NCBI GenBank assembly: GCA_963848295.1
Contig: CAWKDB010000002.1
Span: 928,001 to 992,000, forward strand
Direction: 5' to 3'
DNA: 64,000 bases
Origin: an uncultured delta proteobacterium
Lineage (GTDB): Bacteria > Myxococcota_A > Polyangia > Haliangiales > Haliangiaceae
How positions within the stretch are numbered: the first letter of the stretch is position 1; every line of letters starts with the position of its first letter. The translations under genes were made by a program, and so were the position numbers. The notes beneath the pieces are model-generated. The model made no database searches. It was not told where the DNA came from and was given only the letters and a program-made list of their open reading frames with translations. Shown piece after piece: positions 37,186 through 48,453 of this stretch.

Positions 37186-37968
37186 ATGCGCAGCTACCTA
37201 TGGATTGCGGCGAGCTTCGTGCTCGTCGTCGGTTGTAAGAAGACCAAGGGCACCGATCCGAACGGGCCGACGGCGCCGAACGATCGGACGATGAACAACC
37301 CGGCGCCGAACGCGAAGCCGAGCGATCCGCCAGCCGAGCCGGTCGCGCGCGATCCGAACGCGGACAAGCCGAGCGACACCGAGGTCCGTGCGCCGGTCGC
37401 CGCCGATCTCGCGACCTACACGAAGGATCTGACCGGCTCGGGTCCGCTGACCGCGACGATCGAGACCAGCATGGGCACGTTCCACTGCGAGCTGTTCGGC
37501 GACAAGGCGCCGATCACGGTCGCGAACTTCGTCGGGCTCGCGACCGGCAAGAAGCCGTGGCTGAACCCGAAGGACGGGAACGTCGAGACCGGCAAGCCGT
37601 ACTTCGACGGGCTGCCGTTCCACCGCGTGATCCCGGGCTTCATGATCCAGGGCGGCGATCCCCTCGGCAACGGCACCGGCGGTCCCGGCTACGACTTCGA
37701 CAACGAGATCTCGCCCGATCTGCGCATCAAGGCTGGCGTGCTCGCGATGGCGAACGCGGGGACCAAGCCGGATGGCCACGGCACCGACGGCAGCCAGTTC
37801 TTCATCACCGAGAATGCCGATCACGCCGCCGACCTGAACGGCGGCTACACGATCTTCGGCCAGTGCAAAGAGCCCGAGCTCGTCAAGAAGATCGCGTCGG
37901 TGCCGCGCGACGGCAACGATCGGCCGAACGACCCGGTGACGATCACCAAGGTCACGATCAGCAAGTAA
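37186..37968 (+). CDS. Cyclophilin-type peptidyl-prolyl isomerase, lipoprotein
   Basis: VVGC lipobox; [34 protein letters not shown]. Confidence 0.93.
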   Translation: MRSYLWIAASFVLVVGCKKTKGTDPNGPTAPNDRTMNNPAPNAKPSDPPAEPVARDPNADKPSDTEVRAPVAADLATYTKDLTGSGPLTATIETSMGTFHCELFGDKAPITVANFVGLATGKKPWLNPKDGNVETGKPYFDGLPFHRVIPGFMIQGGDPLGNGTGGPGYDFDNEISPDLRIKAGVLAMANAGTKPDGHGTDGSQFFITENADHAADLNGGYTIFGQCKEPELVKKIASVPRDGNDRPNDPVTITKVTISK

Positions 37969-38079
37969 CCTCGACCGCACCGGCGCGCACAGTGCCGGCA
38001 TGCGATTACGCCGGACCTCCGTGCTCGCGCTCGGCGCGTGCGCGGTGACGACACCGCGGCATCGGGGGCTCCAGATCGG

Positions 38080-38178
38080 CCCGTGACATGCGGCACCGTG
38101 AACGGTGGCCCCTCGGCCCTAGGACTCGGCCGTCCTTGCTTCGCCGGACAGCCGATCGATCGATCGGCCTCGGGGCTA
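38080..38178. repeat. Structured dispersed repeat, copy B (after the BMC operon)
   Basis: Shares a 41-bp identical core with 23527-23567. Confidence 0.85.
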
Positions 38179-38769
38179 CCGAAACAGCTTGCCGCGAAGA
38201 TCGGGCGACGGCTGCGCGATCAGCTCGAGCGCGACGAGCCGATCGTCGGCGGCGGCGCGGGCGGCTCGCGCCGCCGCTTCGATCGCGTCGAGCGTGCCGG
38301 TCAGCGTGAAGTACGCCTTGCCGGCGAGATCGACCGCGAACCGCGCATCGCGCACGGTGACGTCGGCGACCTTGCACGCCGCGTCCGCAGCCGCGATCGC
38401 CGCGCATACCGTGCGGGTCTCGATGATCGCGACCGCCTCGGCACCGTGGTCGCCGGTCCAATCGTGCGGCGCGACCGGCGCGCCGAGCAGTGGCCACACC
38501 TGATCATCCGCCGCCGACAGCGACACGCGATCGACGAGCGCATCTCCCGCGACTCGCAGCGCCGCGGCGAACGCCTCGTCGACCTCGGCGACGCCGCCCT
38601 CGAACATCACGAGGTGCTTGCCGCCGGACACCGCTCGCGAGTGCAGCAAGATCGCCGGCGAGCGCTTGAGCCCGGCGTCGGCCGCGACGACTCCGCGCGC
38701 GATCGTCGAGATTTCCAGGACCGCGAGCGCCGGACCTCTCCCCGTAAAGGGATGCTCTCGTCCGCTCAC
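38176..38769 (-). CDS. BMC-T shell protein (H. ochraceum BMC-T1-like)
   Basis: PALAVLEISTIARG...SGGKHL...AIIETRTVCAAI.AADAA.K...AGKAYFTLTG. Confidence 0.88.
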   Translation of the reverse strand: MSGREHPFTGRGPALAVLEISTIARGVVAADAGLKRSPAILLHSRAVSGGKHLVMFEGGVAEVDEAFAAALRVAGDALVDRVSLSAADDQVWPLLGAPVAPHDWTGDHGAEAVAIIETRTVCAAIAAADAACKVADVTVRDARFAVDLAGKAYFTLTGTLDAIEAAARAARAAADDRLVALELIAQPSPDLRGKLFR

Positions 38770-40217
38770 ACGAACCTGAACGCCTCTTTCAAGGTGCAGC
38801 GCCGCTCGCGCGTGAAGTGAATCGCGGTGGTGAGGCCCTCGCCGGTCGGGCTCGCGATCGTGAACGACGTGTAGCCCTCGCCGCCCAGGCCGAGGCCCGC
38901 GTACGACGCGTCGTTCTTGACGAAGATCGAGCAATTGCACACCCGCGCCATCGCCGTCATGTTGTCGATGTTCGTCGAGTGCATCGTCGCCGTGTGATGG
39001 AACCCGTGCTCGACGCGCAGCGCCGCGGCGATCGCGTCGGTCACGTCGCGCACGCGGGACAGCGGGATCACCGGCATCAGCAATTCGTGCTGGACGAACG
39101 GGTGTTGCTCGTCGACCTCGCACATCAGGAGCCGCAAGTCGTGGCCGTGGCCTGAGATGCCGATCTGTTTCGCGATCAGCGCGGCGTCCTTGCCGATCCA
39201 CGCCTTGTTGACGTGGTCGCCCTCGAGCACGACCTTCTCGAGCTCCTTGGTCTGGCGCGCGTCGAGCCACAGCACCGGCTGGCGCTTGAGCTCCTCGATC
39301 AGCTTGTTCGCGATCCGAGTCGACCGCGATCACTTCTTTTTCGGCGATGCAGACGATGTTGTTGTCGAGCGACGCTCCGCGCACGATCGCATCGGCCGCT
39401 TTGCCGAGGTTCGCGGTCTCGTCGACGATCGCCGGCGGATTGCCCGGACCGGCGCAGATCGCCTTCTTGCCCGAGTTCATCGCCTGCTTGACGACGACGG
39501 GGCCGCCGGTCACCACGACGATCCGCACGAGCGGGTGCTTCATCAGCGCTTGCGCGCTCTCGACCGTCGGCCGTCTCGACCGAGATCAGCACGTCGCGCG
39601 GACCGCCGACCGACTGGATCGCCTCGTTGAGGATATGGACGCACCAGTTGCAGACCTGCGCCGCCGAAGGATGGACGTTGAACACGACCGCGTTGCCCGC
39701 GGCGATCATCCCGATCGCGTTGCACAAGATCGTCTCGGTCGGGTTCGTCGTCGGCGTGATCGCGAGCATCACGCCGTACGGCGCACGCTCGGTCAGCATC
39801 AAGCCGTCGTCACCGGTGTACGCCTGCGGGCGGAGGATCTCGGGGCCGGGCGTCTTCTCCGCGACCAGCCGATTCTTCGCGAGCTTGTCCTCGTAGCGGC
39901 CGAGCCCGGATCTCCTCGACCGCGTAACGGCTGAGCGCGTCGTTGTTCGCGAGCACCGCCTTGCGCATCGCCTCGACCATCTTGAGCCGGGTCGCGACCG
40001 GCGTCTTCTCGTTCTGCTCGAACGCCTTGCGCGCCGCGGTCGCGGCTTGGTCCGGGTCCGCGTAGACGCCGTTCGTGCCGCGCGGGATGTTCGCCTTCGG
40101 CTTGCTCGGCTCGGGCGCGGGGCCGCGAGCAGGCGCCGAGGTCACGCCGCCACCGCCGAGGCGCTCGAGCACCTTCGCGACGATCTCTTCGATCTTGCGC
40201 TCGTCGAGCGTAGCCAC
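38766..40217 (-). CDS. EutE/PduP-family acylating aldehyde dehydrogenase with encapsulation peptide (three extra bases near 39910, 39571, 39315)
   Basis: LDERKIEEIVAKVLERL N-terminus; TPTTNP, TGGP.VV, AGPGNPP, DNNIVCIAEKE, ELLMP, SFTIASPTGEG across the frames. Confidence 0.9.
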
Positions 40218-40220
40218 CGG

Positions 40221-40512
40221 CTAGTCCTTCACGTAGCGGCGCTCGCCGTCGACCGCGACTTCATCGACGATCGCCATGATCGTGGCGTCGACCGGCCGGT
40301 TCTTGGTGACGGTCGTCTGGCGCGCCGAGCTGCCGGACGCGTAGAGCACGACCTCGCCGATGCCCGCGCCGACCGCATCGACCGCGATCGCGATCGCGCC
40401 GGTCAGCTTCCCGTCGACGTCGCACGCGCGGACGACGAGCAGCTTCAAGCCCTTCGAGCGTCGGCTCCTTGCGGCTCGCGACCAGCGTGCCGATGACCTT
40501 GCCGAGGACCAT
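40221..40512 (-). CDS. BMC-P pentamer (EutN/CcmL family; one extra base near 40450)
   Basis: [15 protein letters not shown]...[20 protein letters not shown]...[11 protein letters not shown]. Confidence 0.92.
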
Positions 40513-40518
40513 CGGTGG

Positions 40519-40814
40519 CTACTTGCCGGGACCGTTGCCCGAACGGCCGAGCGGCAGCACCCGTCGACGTTCGCGTGCGGGCGCGGGATCACGTGGACCG
40601 AGACGACCTCACCGAGCCGCTCGGCCGCGCGTTGGCCGGCTTCGGTCGCCGCCTTGACCGCCGCGACATCGCCGCGCACGATCGCGGTGACGTAGCCGCC
40701 ACCGGTCTTCTCGTAGCCGACGAGCTCGACCTTCGCGGCCTTCACCATCGCGTCGGCGGCTTCGACCATACCGACGAAGCCTTTGACTTCGATCATTCCG
40801 AGAGCGTCAGCCAT
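40519..40814 (-). CDS. BMC-H hexamer (EutM/PduA family; one base missing near 40561)
   Basis: [11 protein letters not shown]...[10 protein letters not shown]...[10 protein letters not shown]...HVIPRPH; corrected end ...[13 protein letters not shown]. Confidence 0.95.
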
Positions 40815-40838
40815 GTCTTGCTCCGTTTCCCTTACTTG

Positions 40839-41478
40839 CTATTTGTCGACGAACTTCTCGGGCTCTTTGCCCACGACCGCGTTGAGCGCCGCCGTCGCCG
40901 CCTCCGCCGCCGCATCGATCTCCGCTTCCGGACCTGCCATGTAGAGCCGGCCGAACGCGCCGTACGGGGTGACGTTGACGAGCGAGACGTTCGCGGCCTT
41001 CTCGGCCTCGTTCGCGGCGAGCACCGCGTAACCCGCGGGCTCGCACTCGAAGATGAACAGCGACTGGCCGGGCAGCACCATCATGCCGGCCGAGCTGCGG
41101 TTGATGATCTGAGTCTGGTAGGCCTCGACGCCGCGGATGATCTGGTTCGTCAACACGCGCGGCTTGAGCCGATGCTGACTCTTCGACCCCGAGGTAGTTG
41201 AGGATCGTCTGGCCCGCGGACAGCACCTCGCCCTTGTCGTGGTCGTGGATCTCGAGCAGGCCGTACGCGCGCTCGACGACCTGGACCGCGGGCTGGACCT
41301 TCGTCGCCTTGAGCGCCGCGTCGGTCACCTGGTTGATCGCGATGCCGGGCGCGATCTCGACCCACAGCGACGCCTGAAACGGCACCGGCAAGAACCCGCG
41401 CGCGGTCTTGCCGACGAACGTCGCCTGCTGGGGCTGCAACGCGTCGAGGAAGCAGTACGTACGGAGTACCGTGGCCAT
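40839..41478 (-). CDS. BMC-T (double-stacking T2-like) shell protein (one extra base near 41179)
   Basis: [13 protein letters not shown]...WVEIAPG...[10 protein letters not shown]; then [18 protein letters not shown]...GAFGRL. Confidence 0.92.
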
Positions 41479-41604
41479 TCCTAGCCGTGGACGCTAACAC
41501 GGCGTCCGGCGCGAATTCCACGCACCCACCGCGCAAACGCGTCGCACGTGTCGCATCGGTCGCACGGTGCGCTCGGCTGTGCTGCGTGCCATCATGCGAC
41601 GCGA

Positions 41605-43146
41605 ATGCGGCTGGTTCGTGCGCTCGCGCTTGGCTTGGTCGTCGCCGCGCCCGGCATCGCGCACGCCGATCTCGTCGCCCAGATGCTCGACGATGCGAGC
41701 GCCAGCCCGAACGCGACGGTCGACGACCTGATGGCGTGGGCGGGCACCCCGCAGCCGATCACGCTGCCCGAGTTGCTTCAGTTCGCGGTGCAGCAAGCGC
41801 CTGCGTTGCAGAACGCGAAGCTCGACATCGCGGTGGCCGAAGCTCAGATCGGCGAGACCTGGGCGCGCCGCGACTGGCACGTCTCCGCGCAGGCGACCGG
41901 CACGAAGACCGCCGGGTTCTTCAGTGGGTTCTCGATCAACAACGAAGACATCTACGGCGTCACCGCGGATCTGTCGCGGGCCTTGCCGACCGGTGGCACG
42001 TTCGATCTCCACGCCGGCACGCAGTACAGCAAGTACACGATCGACGTGCTCGGCGCGGCGATGGACTCGACGACGTGGCAAGACACGCTGTCCGCGTCGC
42101 TCACCCAGCCTCTGCTCAAGGGCCGGGGCCAGGCGCTCTACGACGCGACCGAGAAGAAGGCCAAGCTGCAGCGCGATGTCACCGTGCTGGCCCGCCGGCT
42201 CGTCGCGATCAACGCGCTCGAGACGATCGTGTCGGGGTACTGGGACCTCGTGCTCGCCGAGCGCCAAGTCGCGATCACCGAGGCGAGCCTGGATCTCGCG
42301 CGCGAACGCCTGCGGGTCACCGAGATCGAGGCGAAGGGCGGCCGGACCGCGCAGAGCGAGATCCCCGCGGTGCTCCAGATCATCGCGACGCGCCAGGAGG
42401 ACGTGCTCAACGGCCAGCTCGCGGTCGTCGACGCATCGATCGCGCTGCGCCGAGCGACCGGGATGCCGATCGGCGCCGGCGCGCTCGGGTTTCGCGTGCC
42501 GACCGAGCTCGACGCGCAGGATCACGGCTGGAAGCTCGCCGACCTGCTCGAGCGCGCGTACGCCGCGAGCCCCGAGCTCGCGCAGCTCGCGAAGCAAGAC
42601 GCGAGCGCGACGATCGATGTCGAGGTCACCGAGAACGGCCTGCTACCGCAGCTCGACGCGGCGATCTCGGTCGGCCCGCTAGGCATTGACTCGAGCGCGT
42701 CGAATGCGCTCAAGCAGCTCGCCGAGCTCAAGAGCGTCGCGATCACCGGGTCGTTGACGTTCTCGCGCTCGATCCAGCAGCGCGACGTCAAGTACCGCGC
42801 GACCGAGCTGCGCACCGCTCGCGAAAAGCTGCGCGTCAACGCGTTCGATGTCCGTGCGCAATACGCCCAGGCGATGAGCCGCGCGGTCGCGCAGGTCGAG
42901 CTCGCGAAGCGCCGCGTCGGCCTGAGCCAGGAGGCGATCGACCTCGCGAATCAGAACATCAAGATCGAGACCGATCGGTTCAACCTCGGTCGCTCGACGA
43001 ACTTCGACGTGCTCAACCGACTCGAAGACCTCCGCCAAGCGGAGCTCCGCAAGGCGCAGGCGCTCGTCGATTGGCACAAGGGCGAGGCGATGGTCGTCGG
43101 CTTGACCGGCGAGATCCTGCCGCTCTACGGCGTCACGGTCGACTAG
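41605..43146 (+). CDS. TolC-family outer membrane efflux protein
   Basis: Signal peptide, [29 protein letters not shown]. Confidence 0.85.
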   Translation: MRLVRALALGLVVAAPGIAHADLVAQMLDDASASPNATVDDLMAWAGTPQPITLPELLQFAVQQAPALQNAKLDIAVAEAQIGETWARRDWHVSAQATGTKTAGFFSGFSINNEDIYGVTADLSRALPTGGTFDLHAGTQYSKYTIDVLGAAMDSTTWQDTLSASLTQPLLKGRGQALYDATEKKAKLQRDVTVLARRLVAINALETIVSGYWDLVLAERQVAITEASLDLARERLRVTEIEAKGGRTAQSEIPAVLQIIATRQEDVLNGQLAVVDASIALRRATGMPIGAGALGFRVPTELDAQDHGWKLADLLERAYAASPELAQLAKQDASATIDVEVTENGLLPQLDAAISVGPLGIDSSASNALKQLAELKSVAITGSLTFSRSIQQRDVKYRATELRTAREKLRVNAFDVRAQYAQAMSRAVAQVELAKRRVGLSQEAIDLANQNIKIETDRFNLGRSTNFDVLNRLEDLRQAELRKAQALVDWHKGEAMVVGLTGEILPLYGVTVD

Positions 43147-43151
43147 CTAAT

Positions 43152-44477
43152 TTAGGTCGGCGCGAACGCGAGCGTCATCGTGAACCGGACCGGCTTGCCG
43201 TCCTTGGGCTTGGGGAACTCGACCGCGCTCAGGACGCGGTGAACACACGACGCGACCTCGGCCATCGCAGGCGTCGCGTTGGTCGATACGTTCGACGCGG
43301 CACCACTGGCGTCGAGCGACACCTCCACGTCGACCGAGGCGACCACGCGCTCGAACAACGGCAGCGTGTCGTAGCAACCGACGAGATCGGTGCCCTGCCG
43401 CTTGACGTAGCGCCGCGCGACGGCGACTTCGTAGTCACCCTGCACGCGGACCTTGCCAACCGTGACGCGCGATGGGGTCGCCGTGCGCGGCGACGATCCG
43501 GTCGCAGCGGGTGCGCGGTAACTGTCGACGGCGCTCCACTGGACGACGGCTTCGTTCGCCCACACCGGCGCGACGCCGAACTGCGTCACGAGGTCGTAGC
43601 GCGTCCAAGTGCCGTCGTGCTCGACCGGCTTGTGGCCCGCGGCCGATTGCAGGTGACCGATGACGCGACCGCCGATCGCATCATACAGGTCCACCGGAAT
43701 GTCTCGCGAATCGCCGCGAGAGCCACCGAGCAGGCCGCCGACGATCTCGCGATCATGTACGGGGGACGCTGGCTTGACGAGCTGCGAGCGGATCCACCCG
43801 GTGAGCACGAAACCGTCGATACGCAAGTCGACGCTGACGAGCGTGTACGCTCCGAACGTCGTCATCGCGGTGGCGGGCACGGGCTGCTTGCCGTTGCGCG
43901 TCGCGAACACCTGACCGGCGGCGCCGTCGAGCAGCTGGAAGCTCGCGGGCAACACCATATCGGCCTTGGGTCGCGGCGGATGCGGCGCGCTACCGTCGAT
44001 CACGCCCGGCTCGTGGCGGGTGCCGAGCGCCGCGGTAGCCACGAGGCCGGTGACGTCGATCCTCGCGTCGTCCCACTCCCAGTGAATCGTGACGCGGCTC
44101 GTGCCATCGCGTTGCGCGGTCGCTTCGTCGATCCGCATGCCCTGGCCGAGCCGAGCGCCGGCCTGTGACTTCGCGCCGGCCGGATGGAGCTCGGTATCGA
44201 CGATCGCGACCGTGCTGAGCCCCGCGCGATCGAGGTAGAGCTGCAGGAATCCATTGCCGACGTACGTGGTGACGAGCATGCGCTTGCCGGTGTCGTTCTC
44301 GAGCTCGAGCGTCGACCGCTCGGTAGGGTCCGGATCGGTCGGGTTCGCGAGCCACGGGCCATCGCTGGTAAGCGACGCGTGTGCGTACGGCTTCGCGCGT
44401 ACGAGCGGCTTCGCATGGGCCGCGGCGGCGCACAGCGCGAGGACGACGATCGCCGACGTCTTCGATGGCAAGCCCAT
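43152..44477 (-). CDS. Exported protein with AgmX/PglI-like (TonB-C-like) C-terminal domain
   Basis: Signal peptide ending AAHA; C-terminal ...GCY...VASCV...EFPKP. Confidence 0.6.
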   Translation of the reverse strand: MGLPSKTSAIVVLALCAAAAHAKPLVRAKPYAHASLTSDGPWLANPTDPDPTERSTLELENDTGKRMLVTTYVGNGFLQLYLDRAGLSTVAIVDTELHPAGAKSQAGARLGQGMRIDEATAQRDGTSRVTIHWEWDDARIDVTGLVATAALGTRHEPGVIDGSAPHPPRPKADMVLPASFQLLDGAAGQVFATRNGKQPVPATAMTTFGAYTLVSVDLRIDGFVLTGWIRSQLVKPASPVHDREIVGGLLGGSRGDSRDIPVDLYDAIGGRVIGHLQSAAGHKPVEHDGTWTRYDLVTQFGVAPVWANEAVVQWSAVDSYRAPAATGSSPRTATPSRVTVGKVRVQGDYEVAVARRYVKRQGTDLVGCYDTLPLFERVVASVDVEVSLDASGAASNVSTNATPAMAEVASCVHRVLSAVEFPKPKDGKPVRFTMTLAFAPT

Positions 44478-44523
44478 GGTGATCATGACGCAGCATCGCC
44501 GCTGGCAGTCGCATGCCGAACGG

Positions 44524-45348
<825 letters not shown>

Positions 45349-45387
45349 GCTGCGCTTCTACCACGAGTGCCGTGCTACGCTCGCAGC

Positions 45388-45777
45388 ATGATTCCGTACG
45401 ACGATCTCGTCGCGGCATTGTCCTCGTGGCGGGCGAACCAGGGCCTGGCAGTCGTCGGCGCACCCGCCGCGCCGCGCTCGACGCCACCCGCCGGGATCCC
45501 TCGCACGAATCCGCCCGCGCCGCCGCCGATGCGCGCCGCTCCGGTCGCGCCGCCGCCGCTCGAGGCGCACGACGACCTCGATCTCGACGCGCTGCTGCCC
45601 GAGGCGCACTACGAGAACGAAGGCGACGACTTCGCGATGTCGTTCGGCAACACCACCGACGATCAGACGATCGCCCCGGACGCGCCGCCGGCGGCTCGCC
45701 CGTCCGATGCGTTCGGCACCGTCACCGATCCGAGCCCTGCTCCGGGCGGCAGTCGCAAGCGCAACGACGACTGGTGA
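45388..45777 (+). CDS. Hypothetical Pro-rich protein
   Basis: MIPYDDLVAALSSWR then a low-complexity region; stop overlaps the next start. Confidence 0.55.
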   Translation: MIPYDDLVAALSSWRANQGLAVVGAPAAPRSTPPAGIPRTNPPAPPPMRAAPVAPPPLEAHDDLDLDALLPEAHYENEGDDFAMSFGNTTDDQTIAPDAPPAARPSDAFGTVTDPSPAPGGSRKRNDDW

Positions 45778-46580
45778 CCGACCACGAGCGGGTCACCGTC
45801 GAGATCCTCGGCGCACAGCTCGACGGCGCCGCCATCGGACGTCGTGACCGAATGCTCGTGCTCGTGCCCGCGGTCGAAGCCTGCGGGCAATGTGATATCT
45901 GCCGGCGCGGCGGCGCGACCGTGTGCCCGTCGGCGCGAGCGCGTCCGGAGGTCGTCGCCGGCCGCTCGATCGAGATGTCGAGCCGCTGGCTCGTGCCGCT
46001 CGGCGACGGCCTCGAGCTGCCGGTGCCCCACGGCGCGGCGGTCGCCGGTGAGGTCGCGACCGCGTACACGCTCTACGCGCGCACCGGCCTCGCGCCGCGC
46101 GATCCGGTCGTGGTCGTGGGTGCGAGCGCGGTGACGCGCTTCCTCGTCGAGATCCTGATCGGCAAGGGCATCGCGCCGACCGTGCTCGCGACCGAGGGGC
46201 CTGCCTCGTGGATCGCGTGGCTCGGCGAACGCGGTGCTCACGTCGCGCACTCGGTGGCGGAGGTCGGCGAGCGGATCGCCGCGCAAGGCAACGGCGCTCG
46301 ACCGTGGCGCGTGATCGCGACGACGCCGGCGAGCGCACCGATCGCCGCGACGCTGTGCGGCCCGCGCGCGACGCTGACCGTGCTCGCTCGCGAACCGATG
46401 ACACTCGACCTCGGCGCGGCGCTCGCCCGCGAGGTCACGGTCATCGGCGTGAGGGCCGCGCATCCCGATCTGATCGTCGAGGCAGCGGCGATGGTCGCGC
46501 GCGGCGAGGTCCGGCTGCTCGACGGCGTCGAGCTCGGAGCGACGACCGATGCGACTCGTGCGCTCGTGCTCAGCGCGTGA
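45774..46580 (+). CDS. Truncated/degenerate zinc-binding (MDR) dehydrogenase-like protein
   Basis: CGQCDICRRGGATVC structural-Zn motif and Rossmann-like VVVVGA; no GHE motif. Confidence 0.6.
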   Translation: MTDHERVTVEILGAQLDGAAIGRRDRMLVLVPAVEACGQCDICRRGGATVCPSARARPEVVAGRSIEMSSRWLVPLGDGLELPVPHGAAVAGEVATAYTLYARTGLAPRDPVVVVGASAVTRFLVEILIGKGIAPTVLATEGPASWIAWLGERGAHVAHSVAEVGERIAAQGNGARPWRVIATTPASAPIAATLCGPRATLTVLAREPMTLDLGAALAREVTVIGVRAAHPDLIVEAAAMVARGEVRLLDGVELGATTDATRALVLSA

Positions 46581-48315
46581 TCAGGACGATCAGCAGGATC
46601 AACAGGACGATGCCGGCGCCGATCGCGAGGAGGATCTTCTGCCGGCCGGCCTTCATCTCGCCGATCAGCGCGTCTTCCGATACGCCGGTGCCACTCCCCG
46701 CTTGGTCTTCGCGGATCGAGCTCATCATCTGCGTCCCGCCGGTGCGCAAGCTGTACTTCTCTTTGTCGCCGCGCGAGATCGAGCCGTCGTCGCGATAGCG
46801 ATCCTCGACCGGGAGCGAGTCGACCTTGTCGTTCGCGCCGTCCTTGCCGGTCCGCGCGCGCTCCTCGGCCGCAGCCTCGGCGGCCTGGACATCGAGGTCG
46901 CCCTTCTTGAACCACATCGTCTCGCGGAACTTGCCCTTGGTCGGCTCGTCCGCTTTCTTCTTCGCCGCATTCGCCGCCGCCGACACCTGCGGCGACGCGA
47001 GCACCGGCGCCGCGACGATCGGCGCTGCTACGACGGGCGGTGCCACGACGGGCGGTGCGACGATCGGAGCCGCCACGACGGGCGCGGCGACCACCGGCGC
47101 TGCCGGCTGCCCGGCCGGCCCCGCCCACGGCGATCCCGACCCAGCGGACGCCGCCAGCGGCACGCCGACCATCGTGGCTTGAACCTGTTGCGCGAGCGGC
47201 ATCGCGGGAGCCGGAGCCGAGGCCGGCAAGACCGGCGGCGCGACGATCGGCGCGGCCATCGGCGGCGCAGCAGCGACCGACGGAACGCCGAGGCCCACCG
47301 TCGCCGCGGTCGAGATCGGAGCGCCGACGCCACCGCGTCCGCGCATGCCGAGCAGCGTCTGCACGAGCTCCGGCTTGGGTTTGCCGACCTTGCCCATCGC
47401 CATCGTCTGCTTTAGTTCGACCACTTCGCCGGTTCCTACACGGGCGACTTCGTCGACCAGCTGGCGCACGGTCAGGAACCGCTTCGTCGGGCTGCGATCG
47501 AGCGCGCGCATGATCACGGCATCGAGCGCCGCCGGGATGTTCGCGAGCTGCGCCGGCGGCCGGATCGACCCGGCGGCGTGCTGCTTGTGGATCTCGTCTG
47601 GCGAGCCGGTGAACAGCGTCTGGCCGGTCAGCACGAAGTAGTAGAGCGCGCCGAGCGAATACAGATTGCTGCGCTGATCGACCGCGCGGCCCTCGACCTG
47701 CTCGGGTGCGACGAACTCCGGCACACCCGGGATCTTGTCGTTCGTCGGCACCGGCAGCGAGAAGTTCACGAGCTTGACGTCGACGCCGGCGAACAAGATG
47801 TTCTTCGGCGCGAGGTCGCGATGGACGACGCCGACCTGCGCCGCCTCGATCAGCGCCTCGCCGATCACCGAGATCAGATCCGCGGCTTGATCGAGCGGGA
47901 TGCCGCCGCGCGCGCGGATCGCCGCGTCGAGGGTCTGCGCGCCATCGAGCAGCTCCATCGCGATCCACGTGACGTCGCCCGGGCGCTTGCCCGACGCGAT
48001 CAGCTTCGCGACGCCCGAGCTCGACACGCGCTCGAGCTGCTTGAGCTCGCGCTCGAGCCGCTGCGCGACCCCGGGCAGACCGACCACCGCAGGCGATACG
48101 AGCTTGACCGCGACCGCCTTGCCGGTCGTCTTGTCAGTCGCGCGATGGACGGCTCCGGTCCGCTGACCCCCGAGCTGCGGGCCGAGCTCGAACCGCGCGG
48201 TCAGCGAGTCCTCCCCCCCCGACGACGTCTCGATCGGCTTGAGCCGAGCGGCGTCGACCGGGCAGAAGTTCGCGTCGTCGCTAAACTGCTTGTTGCACTT
48301 GGGGCAGAGCTTCAT
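46570..48315 (-). CDS. Zn-ribbon + Ser/Thr kinase-like protein (probable pseudokinase) with C-terminal TM
   Basis: CPKC...CP.D; VAVK, HRDLAPKN, NFS in place of DFG, APE. Confidence 0.8.
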   Translation of the reverse strand: MKLCPKCNKQFSDDANFCPVDAARLKPIETSSGGEDSLTARFELGPQLGGQRTGAVHRATDKTTGKAVAVKLVSPAVVGLPGVAQRLERELKQLERVSSSGVAKLIASGKRPGDVTWIAMELLDGAQTLDAAIRARGGIPLDQAADLISVIGEALIEAAQVGVVHRDLAPKNILFAGVDVKLVNFSLPVPTNDKIPGVPEFVAPEQVEGRAVDQRSNLYSLGALYYFVLTGQTLFTGSPDEIHKQHAAGSIRPPAQLANIPAALDAVIMRALDRSPTKRFLTVRQLVDEVARVGTGEVVELKQTMAMGKVGKPKPELVQTLLGMRGRGGVGAPISTAATVGLGVPSVAAAPPMAAPIVAPPVLPASAPAPAMPLAQQVQATMVGVPLAASAGSGSPWAGPAGQPAAPVVAAPVVAAPIVAPPVVAPPVVAAPIVAAPVLASPQVSAAANAAKKKADEPTKGKFRETMWFKKGDLDVQAAEAAAEERARTGKDGANDKVDSLPVEDRYRDDGSISRGDKEKYSLRTGGTQMMSSIREDQAGSGTGVSEDALIGEMKAGRQKILLAIGAGIVLLILLIVLITR

Positions 48316-48412
48316 CGCCTCATCCCTGGAATGGGCCGATCGTAGGGCCATCCCCGAGGGATGGCAAACCTAGCACGCCCATTGATCATTGGGCCCCAGG
48401 CTACCGGCGACA

Positions 48413-48442
48413 TTGACAATCCTCGCCTCCCGACGCTAGAAC
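48413..48442 (+). promoter_or_regulatory. Candidate sigma-70 promoter
   Basis: TTGACA-N18-TAGAAC just upstream of the ATG at 48454. Confidence 0.55.
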
Positions 48443-48453
48443 CTCGCACCGCC

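Noticed and set aside
40221..40814. Apparent BMC-H/BMC-P fusion ORF (197 aa) and AldDH/BMC-T fusion ORF (38176-39543)
   Set aside because: Created by indels; correction restores separate genes with their own stops and starts
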